Positions 9,702 to 18,662 of a DNA stretch of 64,000 nt are shown piece by piece. The stretch covers positions 3,550,263 to 3,614,262 of the forward strand of contig JAWPML010000001.1 in the NCBI GenBank assembly GCA_033344915.1, in the 5' to 3' direction. The notes beneath the pieces are model-generated. The model was given only the letters and a program-made list of their open reading frames with translations, made no database searches and had not been told where the DNA came from. The position numbers and the translations under genes were made by a program. This stretch comes from Acidimicrobiales bacterium (GTDB lineage Bacteria > Actinomycetota > Acidimicrobiia > Acidimicrobiales > Aldehydirespiratoraceae). Each line of letters opens with the position of its first letter. Positions within the stretch are counted from its first letter, which is position 1.

Positions 9702-11057
9702 ATGGTGATGAGCGAGATGGACACGACCCGGGCCTCCCGTGTGCCGCCCCACAATCTGGAGGCCGAGGAGTCCCTGCTCGGCGCCATGCTGCTGAGCCGC
9801 GACGCCATCGCCGATGCCGTCGAGGTCGCCTCCGTCGAGCACTTCTACCGCCCGGCCCACGCCCACGTCTACGACGCGATCTCCACGCTCTATGCCGCCG
9901 GCGATCCGGTCGACCCGGTCACGGTCGCCGAGGAACTCGATCGCGCCGGGGTCCTCGAGACCATCGGCGGTCTCGATGGTCTGATCGCGTTGCAGGTCAA
10001 CACCCCCGCCACCTCGAACGCGGGCAAGTACGCCAGCATCGTGCAGGAGCGCTACACCCTGCGCCGGCTCATCGAGACGGCCGGCGAGATCGCCGAGATC
10101 GGCTACAGCCGGCCCGACGACGTCACCAAGGCGGTCGACGAGGCCGAGAACATGATGTTCCAGGTCGCCCAGGGCAGGGTGGCCGACACGATGGGGGAGA
10201 TCCGCGATCTTCTCGACGCGACCCTCGACCGGCTCGAACAGCTCTACGAGGCCGGCGAGGGCATCACCGGCACGCCGACCGGATTCATCGATCTCGACGA
10301 GCTGCTGTCCGGGCTCCAGCCCAACGCCCTGCTGATCGTCGGCGCCCGTCCGGCCATGGGCAAGACCTCCTTCGCCCTCAACATGGCCGCCCACGCGGCG
10401 GTGCGGGAGAACCGGCCGACCCTCGTCTTCAGCCTGGAGATGGGCCATCTCGAACTCACCCAGCGGCTGTTGTGTGCCGAGGCCAACGTGGACGCGAAGG
10501 CGATGCGCGACGGCAACCTCAAGGAGGACGACTGGACCCGCATCTCGAACGGCATCGGTCGTCTGGCCGAGGCGCCGTTGTGGATCGACGACAACCCCAA
10601 CCTCACGATCATGGAGATCCGGGCCAAGGCCCGGCGGCTGAAGAGTCGGGTCGGTGATCTCGGCATGATCGTGGTCGACTATCTCCAGCTGATGACCGGC
10701 CGAGCGGGGGCCGAGAGCCGTCAGGTCGAGGTCGCGGAGATCAGTCGAGGTCTCAAGATCCTCGCTCGCGAGCTCCAGTGCCCGGTGGTCGGCCTGTCCC
10801 AGCTCTCCCGAAATCTCGAGATGCGGCAGGACAAGCGACCGATGCTGGCCGACCTGCGCGAGTCGGGCTCGATCGAACAGGATGCCGACGTCGTGATGTT
10901 CCTGTACCGCGACGAGGTCTACAACCCGGGGAGCGAGAACGAGGGCATGGCCGAGGTGATCGTCGCCAAGCACCGCAACGGTCCGACGGGCACCATCAAT
11001 CTGGGCTTCCTCCCCCGGTTCACCTCCTTCAAGAACCTCACCCGCCGCGACCTCTGA
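9702..11057 (+). CDS. dnaB: Replicative DNA helicase DnaB (no intein)
   Basis: PPHNLEAEESLLGAMLL at the N-terminus; Walker A GARPAMGKTSFALN; 451 aa. Confidence 0.93.
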   Translation: MVMSEMDTTRASRVPPHNLEAEESLLGAMLLSRDAIADAVEVASVEHFYRPAHAHVYDAISTLYAAGDPVDPVTVAEELDRAGVLETIGGLDGLIALQVNTPATSNAGKYASIVQERYTLRRLIETAGEIAEIGYSRPDDVTKAVDEAENMMFQVAQGRVADTMGEIRDLLDATLDRLEQLYEAGEGITGTPTGFIDLDELLSGLQPNALLIVGARPAMGKTSFALNMAAHAAVRENRPTLVFSLEMGHLELTQRLLCAEANVDAKAMRDGNLKEDDWTRISNGIGRLAEAPLWIDDNPNLTIMEIRAKARRLKSRVGDLGMIVVDYLQLMTGRAGAESRQVEVAEISRGLKILARELQCPVVGLSQLSRNLEMRQDKRPMLADLRESGSIEQDADVVMFLYRDEVYNPGSENEGMAEVIVAKHRNGPTGTINLGFLPRFTSFKNLTRRDL

Positions 11058-11848
11058 TGCTCGCCGACGTCACCGTCGAGGAGTGGGTCACCGCCGGCGC
11101 CGTCGCCCTCGGTGCGATCCTCGGCACGGTCCTCATCGGTCGCGTGGTCATGGCCGGCCTCACCCGACGGCTCGCCCAGCCGTCCCTCGCCGTCGGGCTC
11201 GTCGTGCGGATCGTCCGGTGGACGGTCCTGCTGTTCGGGTTCATCTACGCGGCGAGCATCGTCGGCGTCCAGATCGGCCCGTTGATCGGCGCCCTCGGGC
11301 TCGGTGGCCTCGCCATCGCCTTGGCCCTGCAGCCGGTCCTGCAGAACCTGTTCGCCGGGGTGGTGCTCCAGACCGAGCGACCCCTCGAGTGCGGGGAGGA
11401 GATCACCACGAACGGCCATGACGGTGTGGTGGTCGAGGTCACGGGTCGGGCGGTGATGCTGAAGACGTTCGACGGTGAACTCGTCACCATCCCGAATTCC
11501 ATGGTGCTCGACAGCCCGTTGGTCAACCACAGCCGCGAAGGTCACCGTCGATCCCGGGTGGAGGTGGGGGTGGCGTACCGCAGCGATCTGCCGACGGTCA
11601 CGGACGTCCTGCGCACCGCAGTGGCGGCCGCGGACGGCGTGCGGGAGACCCCCGAACCGACCGTCGTGGCCCGCTCCTTCGCCGACTCGTCCATCGAGTT
11701 CCAGATCGACTTCTGGCATCGGGCGACGAACCAGATCGAACGCGAGACCCGCGCCGCGGTCATCTTGTCGGTCCACGCGGCCCTGGCCGATGCGGGAATC
11801 ACGATCCCGTTCCCCCAGCGCGACGTGCATCTCCCGCCCGCGGGCTGA
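11057..11848 (+). CDS. Small-conductance mechanosensitive channel (MscS family)
   Basis: Three N-terminal TM helices followed by ...FAGVVLQTERPLECGEEIT..GVVVEVTGRAVMLKTFDGELVTIPNSMV (MscS beta-domain signature). The ATG overlaps the dnaB stop by 1 nt. Confidence 0.8.
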   Translation: MLADVTVEEWVTAGAVALGAILGTVLIGRVVMAGLTRRLAQPSLAVGLVVRIVRWTVLLFGFIYAASIVGVQIGPLIGALGLGGLAIALALQPVLQNLFAGVVLQTERPLECGEEITTNGHDGVVVEVTGRAVMLKTFDGELVTIPNSMVLDSPLVNHSREGHRRSRVEVGVAYRSDLPTVTDVLRTAVAAADGVRETPEPTVVARSFADSSIEFQIDFWHRATNQIERETRAAVILSVHAALADAGITIPFPQRDVHLPPAG

Positions 11849-11856
11849 CGTCGATC

Positions 11857-12624
11857 TCAGCCGATCGGCTGGGGTGCCCCGGCGAGACATCCCTGCGTGT
11901 ACGCGATGCGGCTCGCCATGACGGAGGCCAACTGGGCGGGCCGCTCCACGGCCTGAGCGACGAGGTCGTACCCCTGGGCGTGGAGCTCGTCGGCGGTGCG
12001 GGCGAGGATGTCGCGGCCGAACGCATCGTCGCACGAACCCACCAGGGCACGATCGAGCTTCACGATCGAGCCGGTCGGCAACCAGTCCGGCGACGGCCGG
12101 GTGGCCGATCCCTCGCCGCGATGGTCGTCGAGGGCCAGCCGGGCCCCGTCGGCGCACAGTGATGCGAGATGGTCGACGGCCCGGCGGCAGGCGTCGGGTC
12201 CGATGTGGTCGGGGATCTCGAGCAGGAGGTTGTCGGCCCGGAGGGTGTGCCGTTCCAGCAGTTCCTCGATCTCGTCGGCGACGGTCGGCCGGGCGAGCTG
12301 CGTGTGGTGCAGGTTGAGCGCAAGGCGCCCGCCGTGGGGTGCGTCGGACCGGCGGGCCCAGTGGCTGATGGCGAGTTCGGTCGCCCGGTTCGTGCACTCC
12401 TCGATCCGGCTCGTCTGCTCCGCGATCGGGAGGATCATGCCGGCTGCCCAGAGCTCGTTCGCCGAGCGCCGCCAGCGCAGGAGGGCTTCGGTCGCCAGCA
12501 GCGAACCATCCGCCGTGTGGTGGATGCCCTGTCCATGGATCTCGAGGCTGTCCCAGCTGGCCGTGAATTCCGTCCGGAGATCGATGGTCGGCACGACATG
12601 CTCGGAGCGACGCAGCAAACGCAT
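11857..12624 (-). CDS. Stand-alone EAL-domain protein (c-di-GMP phosphodiesterase type)
   Basis: Shows EALLRW, LALNL, LLLEIPD, ALDDHRGEG, VKLD, AQAVE and TQGC, so the conserved EAL catalytic positions appear present. No GGDEF or sensor domain. Confidence 0.7.
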   Translation of the reverse strand: MRLLRRSEHVVPTIDLRTEFTASWDSLEIHGQGIHHTADGSLLATEALLRWRRSANELWAAGMILPIAEQTSRIEECTNRATELAISHWARRSDAPHGGRLALNLHHTQLARPTVADEIEELLERHTLRADNLLLEIPDHIGPDACRRAVDHLASLCADGARLALDDHRGEGSATRPSPDWLPTGSIVKLDRALVGSCDDAFGRDILARTADELHAQGYDLVAQAVERPAQLASVMASRIAYTQGCLAGAPQPIG

Positions 12625-12713
12625 ACCTCACGGATCGTCCCGAACCGCGTGGCCCCTGAGCCCGAACCCGGTGTTCGGGACGATGGTCCCACGCACCTGG
12701 TGACCGAAGTACC

Positions 12714-13400
12714 TTGCGGGACATGCGACCCGTCATCCTCGTGGTTGCGGGTGTGGCGATCGGGCTGCTCGCCGCGGTCGTGCTCACCACTGTCGTGTGG
12801 GACGACGAGCCCGACGATTCCGGGCCGCCCCTCGAGCTCTCCTTCCCACCGGTCGACCATGACGTGGATGCGGCGGAGGCGCTGATCGTCGCGTGGAACC
12901 GGTGGCGCACCGCCACCTTCGTGACGTCGGGCACCTGGACCCGGACCCTCGACGACGGCGGCGAACCCCTGATCGGAGACGTCCTCGTCGCCCAGGATCC
13001 GCCGCGCCGACTGGTGTTCCGGCTCGGCTCGGTCAGCGAGTCGATCGACGGCAGCGTGACGACCTGCGACACGTCCACGGACCAGGCGATCTCACCGGGC
13101 TGTCTGGCCGCGTCCTCGCAACGCACCTACGCCGAGCGGGTTGCCGACGAGATGCAGCTGGTGCTCGGGTTCGTCGTCGGCGACGCCCGTCTCTACGACG
13201 TTGCCCGCGACGACGGGTGTTTCCAGGTCGAACTGCGCGAGCCCCTGCTGCGGTCGACCTGGGGACGGGCCGCGGCGTTCTGTTTCGACGAGGAAACGGG
13301 GGCCCTGCTGTCCAGCCGGGTCCGCCGACAGTCGGCGACGGACGTGGAGATCACCACGTCCATCCGCACCGACGTGACCGACGACGATTTTCTCAGTTGA
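12714..13400 (+). CDS. Hypothetical membrane-anchored protein
   Basis: N-terminal TM or signal anchor (PVILVVAGVAIGLLAAVVLTTVVW); coding-like composition; no motif recognised. Confidence 0.5.
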   Translation: MRDMRPVILVVAGVAIGLLAAVVLTTVVWDDEPDDSGPPLELSFPPVDHDVDAAEALIVAWNRWRTATFVTSGTWTRTLDDGGEPLIGDVLVAQDPPRRLVFRLGSVSESIDGSVTTCDTSTDQAISPGCLAASSQRTYAERVADEMQLVLGFVVGDARLYDVARDDGCFQVELREPLLRSTWGRAAAFCFDEETGALLSSRVRRQSATDVEITTSIRTDVTDDDFLS

Positions 13401-13401
13401 T

Positions 13402-13526
13402 GAGAGGAGGGCGGAGGCCGAACGAGGCGCCGGCACCCTGGAGAAGCGCGGCGGCGCTGCGTTGGAGGGAGTGTCCGACCCCCACCCGTTCCTCTCGTGG
13501 CCACCGGGGGCGAATCCGTTGGCCAC
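13402..13526 (+). repeat. Structured ~125-nt repeat, copy 1 (candidate ncRNA or 3'UTR element)
   Basis: Begins 2 nt after the stop of 12714..13400. It is homologous to 13878..14005 and shows compensatory substitutions in two predicted stems. Confidence 0.6.
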
Positions 13527-13591
13527 TGTCCGTATCGGAGGCCGGCGCCACGAGTTGATGGCCCCCGGGAAAGGGGGGCCGTTCGGCCCGG

Positions 13592-13837
13592 TTGGCAGGT
13601 GACCCCGGTCGCCGCCAACATGGCCGCGTGTTCCTTGGTGAGGATCTGCTTCCCTGGTTGGTATTGGCGATCGGCGGCGCGATGGCCGCCGGCAACCTCG
13701 CCGCGCTGGTGCGTCCGCCCGACGAGCGCCGTGACGACGCCGACCTCGAGCGGGCGCCGATGGCGCGCAGCATCGTCTTCATCGTGGTGGGCGTGGTCGC
13801 CGCGATCTGGGCCCTCGCCAGCCTGATCTCGGGGTAG
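13592..13837 (+). CDS. Small two-TM membrane protein (start uncertain; GTG at 13628 possible)
   Basis: Two hydrophobic helices (LLPWLVLAIGGAMAAGNLAAL and IVFIVVGVVAAIWALASLI). Flanked by the two structured repeats. Confidence 0.4.
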   Translation: MAGDPGRRQHGRVFLGEDLLPWLVLAIGGAMAAGNLAALVRPPDERRDDADLERAPMARSIVFIVVGVVAAIWALASLISG

Positions 13838-13877
13838 CCCCAGAACGTCGGAACCGCCGACCGAGGGCCGGCGGTTC

Positions 13878-14005
13878 GAGAGGGGGCGGAGGTTGAACGA
13901 GTGCGCCAGCACCCTGGAAAAGCGCTGGTGGCGATGCGTTGGAGGGAGTGTTCAACCCCCACCCGTCTCTCATGTGTGACCGGCGGGGGCGAAACCGCCG
14001 GACAC
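13878..14005 (+). repeat. Structured ~128-nt repeat, copy 2
   Basis: gagagggggcggaggttgaacgagtgcgccagcaccctggaaaagcgctggtggcgatgcgttggagggagtgttcaacccccacccgtctctc, plus a terminal hairpin ccggcgg-gggcgaaa-ccgccgg. Confidence 0.6.
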
Positions 14006-14051
14006 CACTACCTTCGGCGCGTCGGACGGCGTGCTTGAGCGGATTTCCCGC

Positions 14052-14891
14052 TCAGTCGGGAGGTCCCGCGCCCCAACGGGGTGGGCGCTTCTCGTTCAAC
14101 GCTGCGGCCCCTTCGCGATAGTCCGCCTCCGTCATCATCTGCTCGAGTCGCGCCTGTGCGTCGCGCACGCTGCGGGCCGGATCGTCGTGGGTGGCGTCGG
14201 TCGCGAGCTGGCGTTTCGTGGCCCGCAAGGCGTGGGGGCTGACGGTCTCGATCAGCTGACGGGCGTAGCGCTCGGCGCTGGTGAGGACCGCGTCGGCCTC
14301 GGTGACCTGGTTCGCCAGGCCGAGCTCGCCCGCCTCCTCGCCGAGCAGGATCCGTGAACTGAGCAGGATGTCGCTCGCCCGGCCCCGCCCCACCAGCCGG
14401 GGCAGGATCCAGGACAGCCCGTACTCCGCCGGGAGGTTCAGCTTGCCGTGGGCGCTGGTGAGCTTGGCCGTGCGGGCGATGATGCGGATGTCGCACCAGC
14501 ACAGCAGGGCGAGGCCGACGCCCGCCGCCGCCCCGTTGACCGCCGCGATGGTCGGGGTCTCCATCGCCAGCAGGTAGGTGAAGTCGGCCTCGAACGCCGG
14601 ATCGACCCCGGCGCCGGGGGTGGCGAGGTCCGGCGGTGTTCCGGGGTCGTAGCGGCCCCGCTCGGCGTGCGCGGCGAGCGCCTGCGCGTCGCCGCCGGGG
14701 CAGAAGGTGCGACCGGCGGGATCGCCGGTGATGATGATCACCCGCACGTCGGGATCGGACTCGCCCACGTCGAGGAGATGACGCAGTTCGGTGTGCATGC
14801 GCCCCGTCCACGCGTTGTTGGACTCGGGGCGCGACAAGGTGAGCGTGGCCACGCCGTCGTCGATGGCCCAGCGGGTGGTCTTCAGCTCCAT
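14052..14891 (-). CDS. Enoyl-CoA hydratase/isomerase (crotonase) family protein
   Basis: VATLTLSRPESNNAW...VRVIIITGDPAGRTFCPGGD...; crotonase fold; 279 aa. Confidence 0.8.
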   Translation of the reverse strand: MELKTTRWAIDDGVATLTLSRPESNNAWTGRMHTELRHLLDVGESDPDVRVIIITGDPAGRTFCPGGDAQALAAHAERGRYDPGTPPDLATPGAGVDPAFEADFTYLLAMETPTIAAVNGAAAGVGLALLCWCDIRIIARTAKLTSAHGKLNLPAEYGLSWILPRLVGRGRASDILLSSRILLGEEAGELGLANQVTEADAVLTSAERYARQLIETVSPHALRATKRQLATDATHDDPARSVRDAQARLEQMMTEADYREGAAALNEKRPPRWGAGPPD

Positions 14892-14936
14892 GGCCGTCGA
14901 CCCTAGACAGACGACGGGCCGGATACCGTCGCTTGC

Positions 14937-16853
14937 GTGCGGTCCTGGTTCGTTGGTTGCGCGGCACTGGCCGCGATGGTGGTCGTCGCGCCGGCCCCCG
15001 CGTCAGCGACGGAGGCCGATGAGGCCACGCCGGATCGTGATCGGGTCGCCGCGGCGGTCGTCTATCGCGTGGATCCGGAGAACGGGGAAGTGCGGGCGAC
15101 GGCGAGGGTCACGGTGCGCAATGTGGACCCGGCGGCGACGAGCGAGATCGAAGCCGTCTCCCTCGTGTTGCCCGCCGTGGCGCCGGAGACCGTTGCCGCG
15201 AGTCGCAGCGGCGTGGCGGTGGCGGTCGCCGCGGGTCCGGCGGACGACGACTTCGCGGTGTTCACGTTCTCGCTCGGCCGGGCGATCGGTCCCGGCGAGG
15301 TGGCGGAGCTCTCCGTGACGTTCGTGATCCGGTCATCGGTCGGCCTGCGGGTGCCGTCGGCGACGCGGATCGATCCTGCCTACGTCAGCTTCCCGGCCCG
15401 GGGCATCGGCGATCCGGGGAGTGGGTCGGTCGCGATCGAATGGCCCGCGTTCTTCGAGGCCCGCTGGATCGGCGTCGATGCGGAACGCGTCGACGAGGGG
15501 TTCGTCGCCACGTTGGCGACCGACGGTGTGGGTCGTGACTTCGCCGCGGTGTTCGAGATGCGCAACGACGATCGGCTGGAGCGCACCGGCCTCGCGATAC
15601 CCGGCACGGACGCAGGGGTGGAGCTGGCCACGTGGGAGGGGGACGTGTTCTGGCGGTTCGGCATCGGCGCCGATCTCGTCGTGTTGATTCCGACCCTGGT
15701 CGATCTGGTCGGCGAGCCGTGGTCGTTGACCGGCACCCTGGTGGTGCGCGAGACGAATGCCGATGTCGTGCACGGCTACGGCGGCTCGTTCGTGCGAACG
15801 CCCGACGGGGGCGGGGAGATCGAGATGGGGACGGTGTTGGACCGGCGAATCCTCGCCCACGAGCTGGCCCACGCGTGGTTCGATCGGCGCCTCGACCCAT
15901 GGCTCGCGGAAGGGCTCGCGGAGGAGTACGCACGGCAGGCGACCGGACGCACCGGGTTCACACCGGTGGCTCGTGACGACCCGGCCGCCGTCGCGCTGGA
16001 GCTGTGGGAGCCGCGGGCGGGCGCCGACGAGACCGATCGCCACGCCTACGCCGCGGCGGCCGGACTGTTCTCCACGCTCGCCGCCGAGATCGGGGACGAG
16101 GCACTGCGCGACGCGGCCAGCGGCCTGCTCGGCGACGGCTCCCCGTACGGCGACGACCTGCCGATCGTCGACGGGCTGCGGGACTGGCAGCGCCTGCTCG
16201 ATCATGCCGAGGCGGCGGGGAGCGAGATGATCGAGCCCCTGCTCGTCGACTGGGTTCTGGCCACGCCGCCGCGGGATGTTCTCGCAGCCCGGACCGACGC
16301 GCGCGACGGCCTCGCCGCGTTCGAGGCCCGCTCCGGCGAGTGGGGTGTGCCATCCGCGATCCGGCTCGCGCTGGCCCGGTGGGACTTCGCCACGGCCGAG
16401 GAAGCAATGACGGCGGCGTCGGCCCTGCTCGACGAACGGGATCGGCTGGCTGCGGCGAGCGCGGCGGCGGGAGTTGCGGTGCCGGACGACGCCGAAGCCC
16501 TCTTCGCCACCGATCCGCGGGGAGCGGCCGAGGCGCTGCTCGCCCAGGCCGACGGACTCGCTGCGGTCGAGGCGGCCCAGGCTGCGGTCGCGGCGAGCCG
16601 TTCGTGGGTGGCCGACATCGGTAGCTGGGGCACCGACGTCGACGCGGATCTCGCGGCCGTGGTCGCCCACTACGAGGCGGGGGAGCACGATGCGGCGGTC
16701 CAACGGGCGGACGCGCTCCGGCGCGACATCGACGGTGCCGAGTCGCTCGGTGCCCGGCGGATCGCGGCCGCGGTCGCCGGGGTCGCGGTGCTCGCCCTCG
16801 CCGGGCTGCTCATCGGCGTTCGCCGCGTCCGCCGCACCGCGGCGGCTGGGTAA
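14937..16853 (+). CDS. Secreted, C-terminally membrane-anchored M1-like zinc metallopeptidase
   Basis: Signal peptide (AALAAMVVVAPAPASA); HELAHAWF...WLAEGLAEEY (HExxH plus the downstream Glu of gluzincins); C-terminal TM (AAAVAGVAVLALAGLLIGV). Confidence 0.65.
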   Translation: MRSWFVGCAALAAMVVVAPAPASATEADEATPDRDRVAAAVVYRVDPENGEVRATARVTVRNVDPAATSEIEAVSLVLPAVAPETVAASRSGVAVAVAAGPADDDFAVFTFSLGRAIGPGEVAELSVTFVIRSSVGLRVPSATRIDPAYVSFPARGIGDPGSGSVAIEWPAFFEARWIGVDAERVDEGFVATLATDGVGRDFAAVFEMRNDDRLERTGLAIPGTDAGVELATWEGDVFWRFGIGADLVVLIPTLVDLVGEPWSLTGTLVVRETNADVVHGYGGSFVRTPDGGGEIEMGTVLDRRILAHELAHAWFDRRLDPWLAEGLAEEYARQATGRTGFTPVARDDPAAVALELWEPRAGADETDRHAYAAAAGLFSTLAAEIGDEALRDAASGLLGDGSPYGDDLPIVDGLRDWQRLLDHAEAAGSEMIEPLLVDWVLATPPRDVLAARTDARDGLAAFEARSGEWGVPSAIRLALARWDFATAEEAMTAASALLDERDRLAAASAAAGVAVPDDAEALFATDPRGAAEALLAQADGLAAVEAAQAAVAASRSWVADIGSWGTDVDADLAAVVAHYEAGEHDAAVQRADALRRDIDGAESLGARRIAAAVAGVAVLALAGLLIGVRRVRRTAAAG

Positions 16854-16862
16854 CCTGCGCCC

Positions 16863-18662
16863 GTGTTCGGCCGCCTCCCCCTCCGTCTCGTCGCGGTCCT
16901 GGTCGCGGTGGTCGCGCTGCTCGTACCTGCGGCCGGCGCCGGCGCCCAGGACGGCACCCTCCGGCAGACGACGAGCGTCGACTATGTCGTGCTACCGGAG
17001 GCCGGGCGGGTCGACGTGCGCTTCTCGTACTCGTTCGTGAACGAGGGATCCGGCGTCGCCTACCCCGGGTTCTTCGAATCGCTCCCGGTGACCGCCGACG
17101 AGGTCGCGGCATCGTCGGGCAGTGAGGCGCTGGTCGTCGCGCAGACCGGGTTCGAGGACGGCACCGCGACCTGGTTCGTCCAGTTCGCCCGGTCGCTCGG
17201 GCCCGGGGCCTCGACCGAGATCGAGCTCACGTGGTCGATCATGCACGACGGCCTGCCCGGTCCGCTCGTCGTCCCCGGCGCCGTCTCGTTCGATGCGTTC
17301 CGGCCGGGCCCGGCGACGGACGCGGCGGCTTCCCCTCTCCGGGTGACGATTCCGGCGAGCTACGCCGCGGCGGATGGCTCGACGCCGGTGAGCGGCATCG
17401 ACGAACCGCTCGCCACCTTCGAGTTCCCTGCCGAGGCGTACGACGGGCAGCGGCTGCAGTTCGTCGATCACGCCGCGTTCGACGGCGATCTGATCGATCT
17501 CCCGCCGCTGGCCGCGGTGACCAGCTGGAGCGGCGACCGTGAATGGATCGCCGACACGGCTGACCGGGCGGCGGCGATCGCGAGCGAGCTGGACACCTGG
17601 TTCGGCACGCTCGACGAGGGTTTCGCCATTCGCCGGGCCCTTCCGTCGGCCGGCCATGATCTGGTCGAGGACGACCTCGTCGAGCTCGCCGACGACGACG
17701 CCGCCTCCGTGGACCATCAGCTGGCCCACATCTGGCTGGCCGACGTCGACGTCGACGTCGCATGGTTCATCGAGGGGCTGGCGATCGGGTTCGCCGGCGA
17801 GCCCCACCTCGATGCATCCCCCGAGGCGATGGTCGCCGACCTGGTCGACGAACTCGGCGCGGCGGGCGTGCGGGCGGTCATCGATGCGCTACGAGCGGAG
17901 ACCACGCCGTATCCGGGACCGGTGGCCGAGCCGCGCATCCTCGATCCCGGTTGGCAGACCCTGCTCGATCTGATCGAACGGGCGGGCGGCGTCGACGATG
18001 CCGCGTCGGCCTTTCGCGAGATGGTCACCGACGACGTCGACGACCTGCTGATCGACCGGCGGGCGGCGGCCGTCGTCGACTACGCGGCGCTCGAATCCCG
18101 CGCCGGGAGCTGGGCGCTGCCGCCCTTCCTGCGTCATGCCATGGCGGCGTGGGAGTTCGACACGTTCTTCGGACGCCAGGCCGAGGTCAGCGACGTGATC
18201 GTCACGCGCGACAGCCTCGCCGGCTGGGCGGCGTCGCTCGAGCTCGAGCCCCGCACCGACGCCCAGGTGCTCTTCGAGGAGGCGGCCGACGACCTGACCG
18301 CGGTCGTCGACCTGCTCGAACGGCAGGAGATGGCGCTGGACGCGTTCGACGAAGCCGAGGCCGCCGTGACCGGCGATCGGGGCCTTCTCGCAACCGTCGG
18401 GCTCTGGGGGAGCGATCCGGATGCTGACCTGCTGGCCCTGCGCGAGCTCTGGGCCGCGGGCGACGATGCCGAGCTCGCCCACGATGCCCACGAGCTGACG
18501 GACAGCATCGAGGGAGCGGTCGGCCGCGGCACCATCCGGCTCCTCGTCCCCGCGCTGGTGATCATTGCGCTGTGGCAGGGGTTGCGGTGGGTGCGTCGGC
18601 GCGCCACCGCCGGCGGGGCACGTTCCCCGGAGGCCGATCAGCCGGTGAAGAGCTCGGCGTAG
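16863..18662 (+). CDS. Paralogue of the upstream M1-like peptidase with HQxxH (catalytic Glu replaced by Gln)
   Basis: Same architecture: signal peptide and C-terminal TM (LLVPALVIIALWQGL). The aligned site reads DHQLAHIWL...WFIEGLAIGF. Confidence 0.6.
   Translation: MFGRLPLRLVAVLVAVVALLVPAAGAGAQDGTLRQTTSVDYVVLPEAGRVDVRFSYSFVNEGSGVAYPGFFESLPVTADEVAASSGSEALVVAQTGFEDGTATWFVQFARSLGPGASTEIELTWSIMHDGLPGPLVVPGAVSFDAFRPGPATDAAASPLRVTIPASYAAADGSTPVSGIDEPLATFEFPAEAYDGQRLQFVDHAAFDGDLIDLPPLAAVTSWSGDREWIADTADRAAAIASELDTWFGTLDEGFAIRRALPSAGHDLVEDDLVELADDDAASVDHQLAHIWLADVDVDVAWFIEGLAIGFAGEPHLDASPEAMVADLVDELGAAGVRAVIDALRAETTPYPGPVAEPRILDPGWQTLLDLIERAGGVDDAASAFREMVTDDVDDLLIDRRAAAVVDYAALESRAGSWALPPFLRHAMAAWEFDTFFGRQAEVSDVIVTRDSLAGWAASLELEPRTDAQVLFEEAADDLTAVVDLLERQEMALDAFDEAEAAVTGDRGLLATVGLWGSDPDADLLALRELWAAGDDAELAHDAHELTDSIEGAVGRGTIRLLVPALVIIALWQGLRWVRRRATAGGARSPEADQPVKSSA

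Noticed and set aside
12635-12681. 10-bp inverted repeat cgtcccgaac/gttcgggacg in the EAL / 12714 divergent gap
   Set aside because: It has a short stem and a 27-nt loop, with no second copy or recognisable regulator nearby. It could be chance in GC-rich DNA.
10919-13126. 735-aa minus-strand ORF spanning the dnaB end, MscS, EAL and the next gene
   Set aside because: It crosses several independently supported genes on both strands, is Arg/Pro-rich, and has no motifs.
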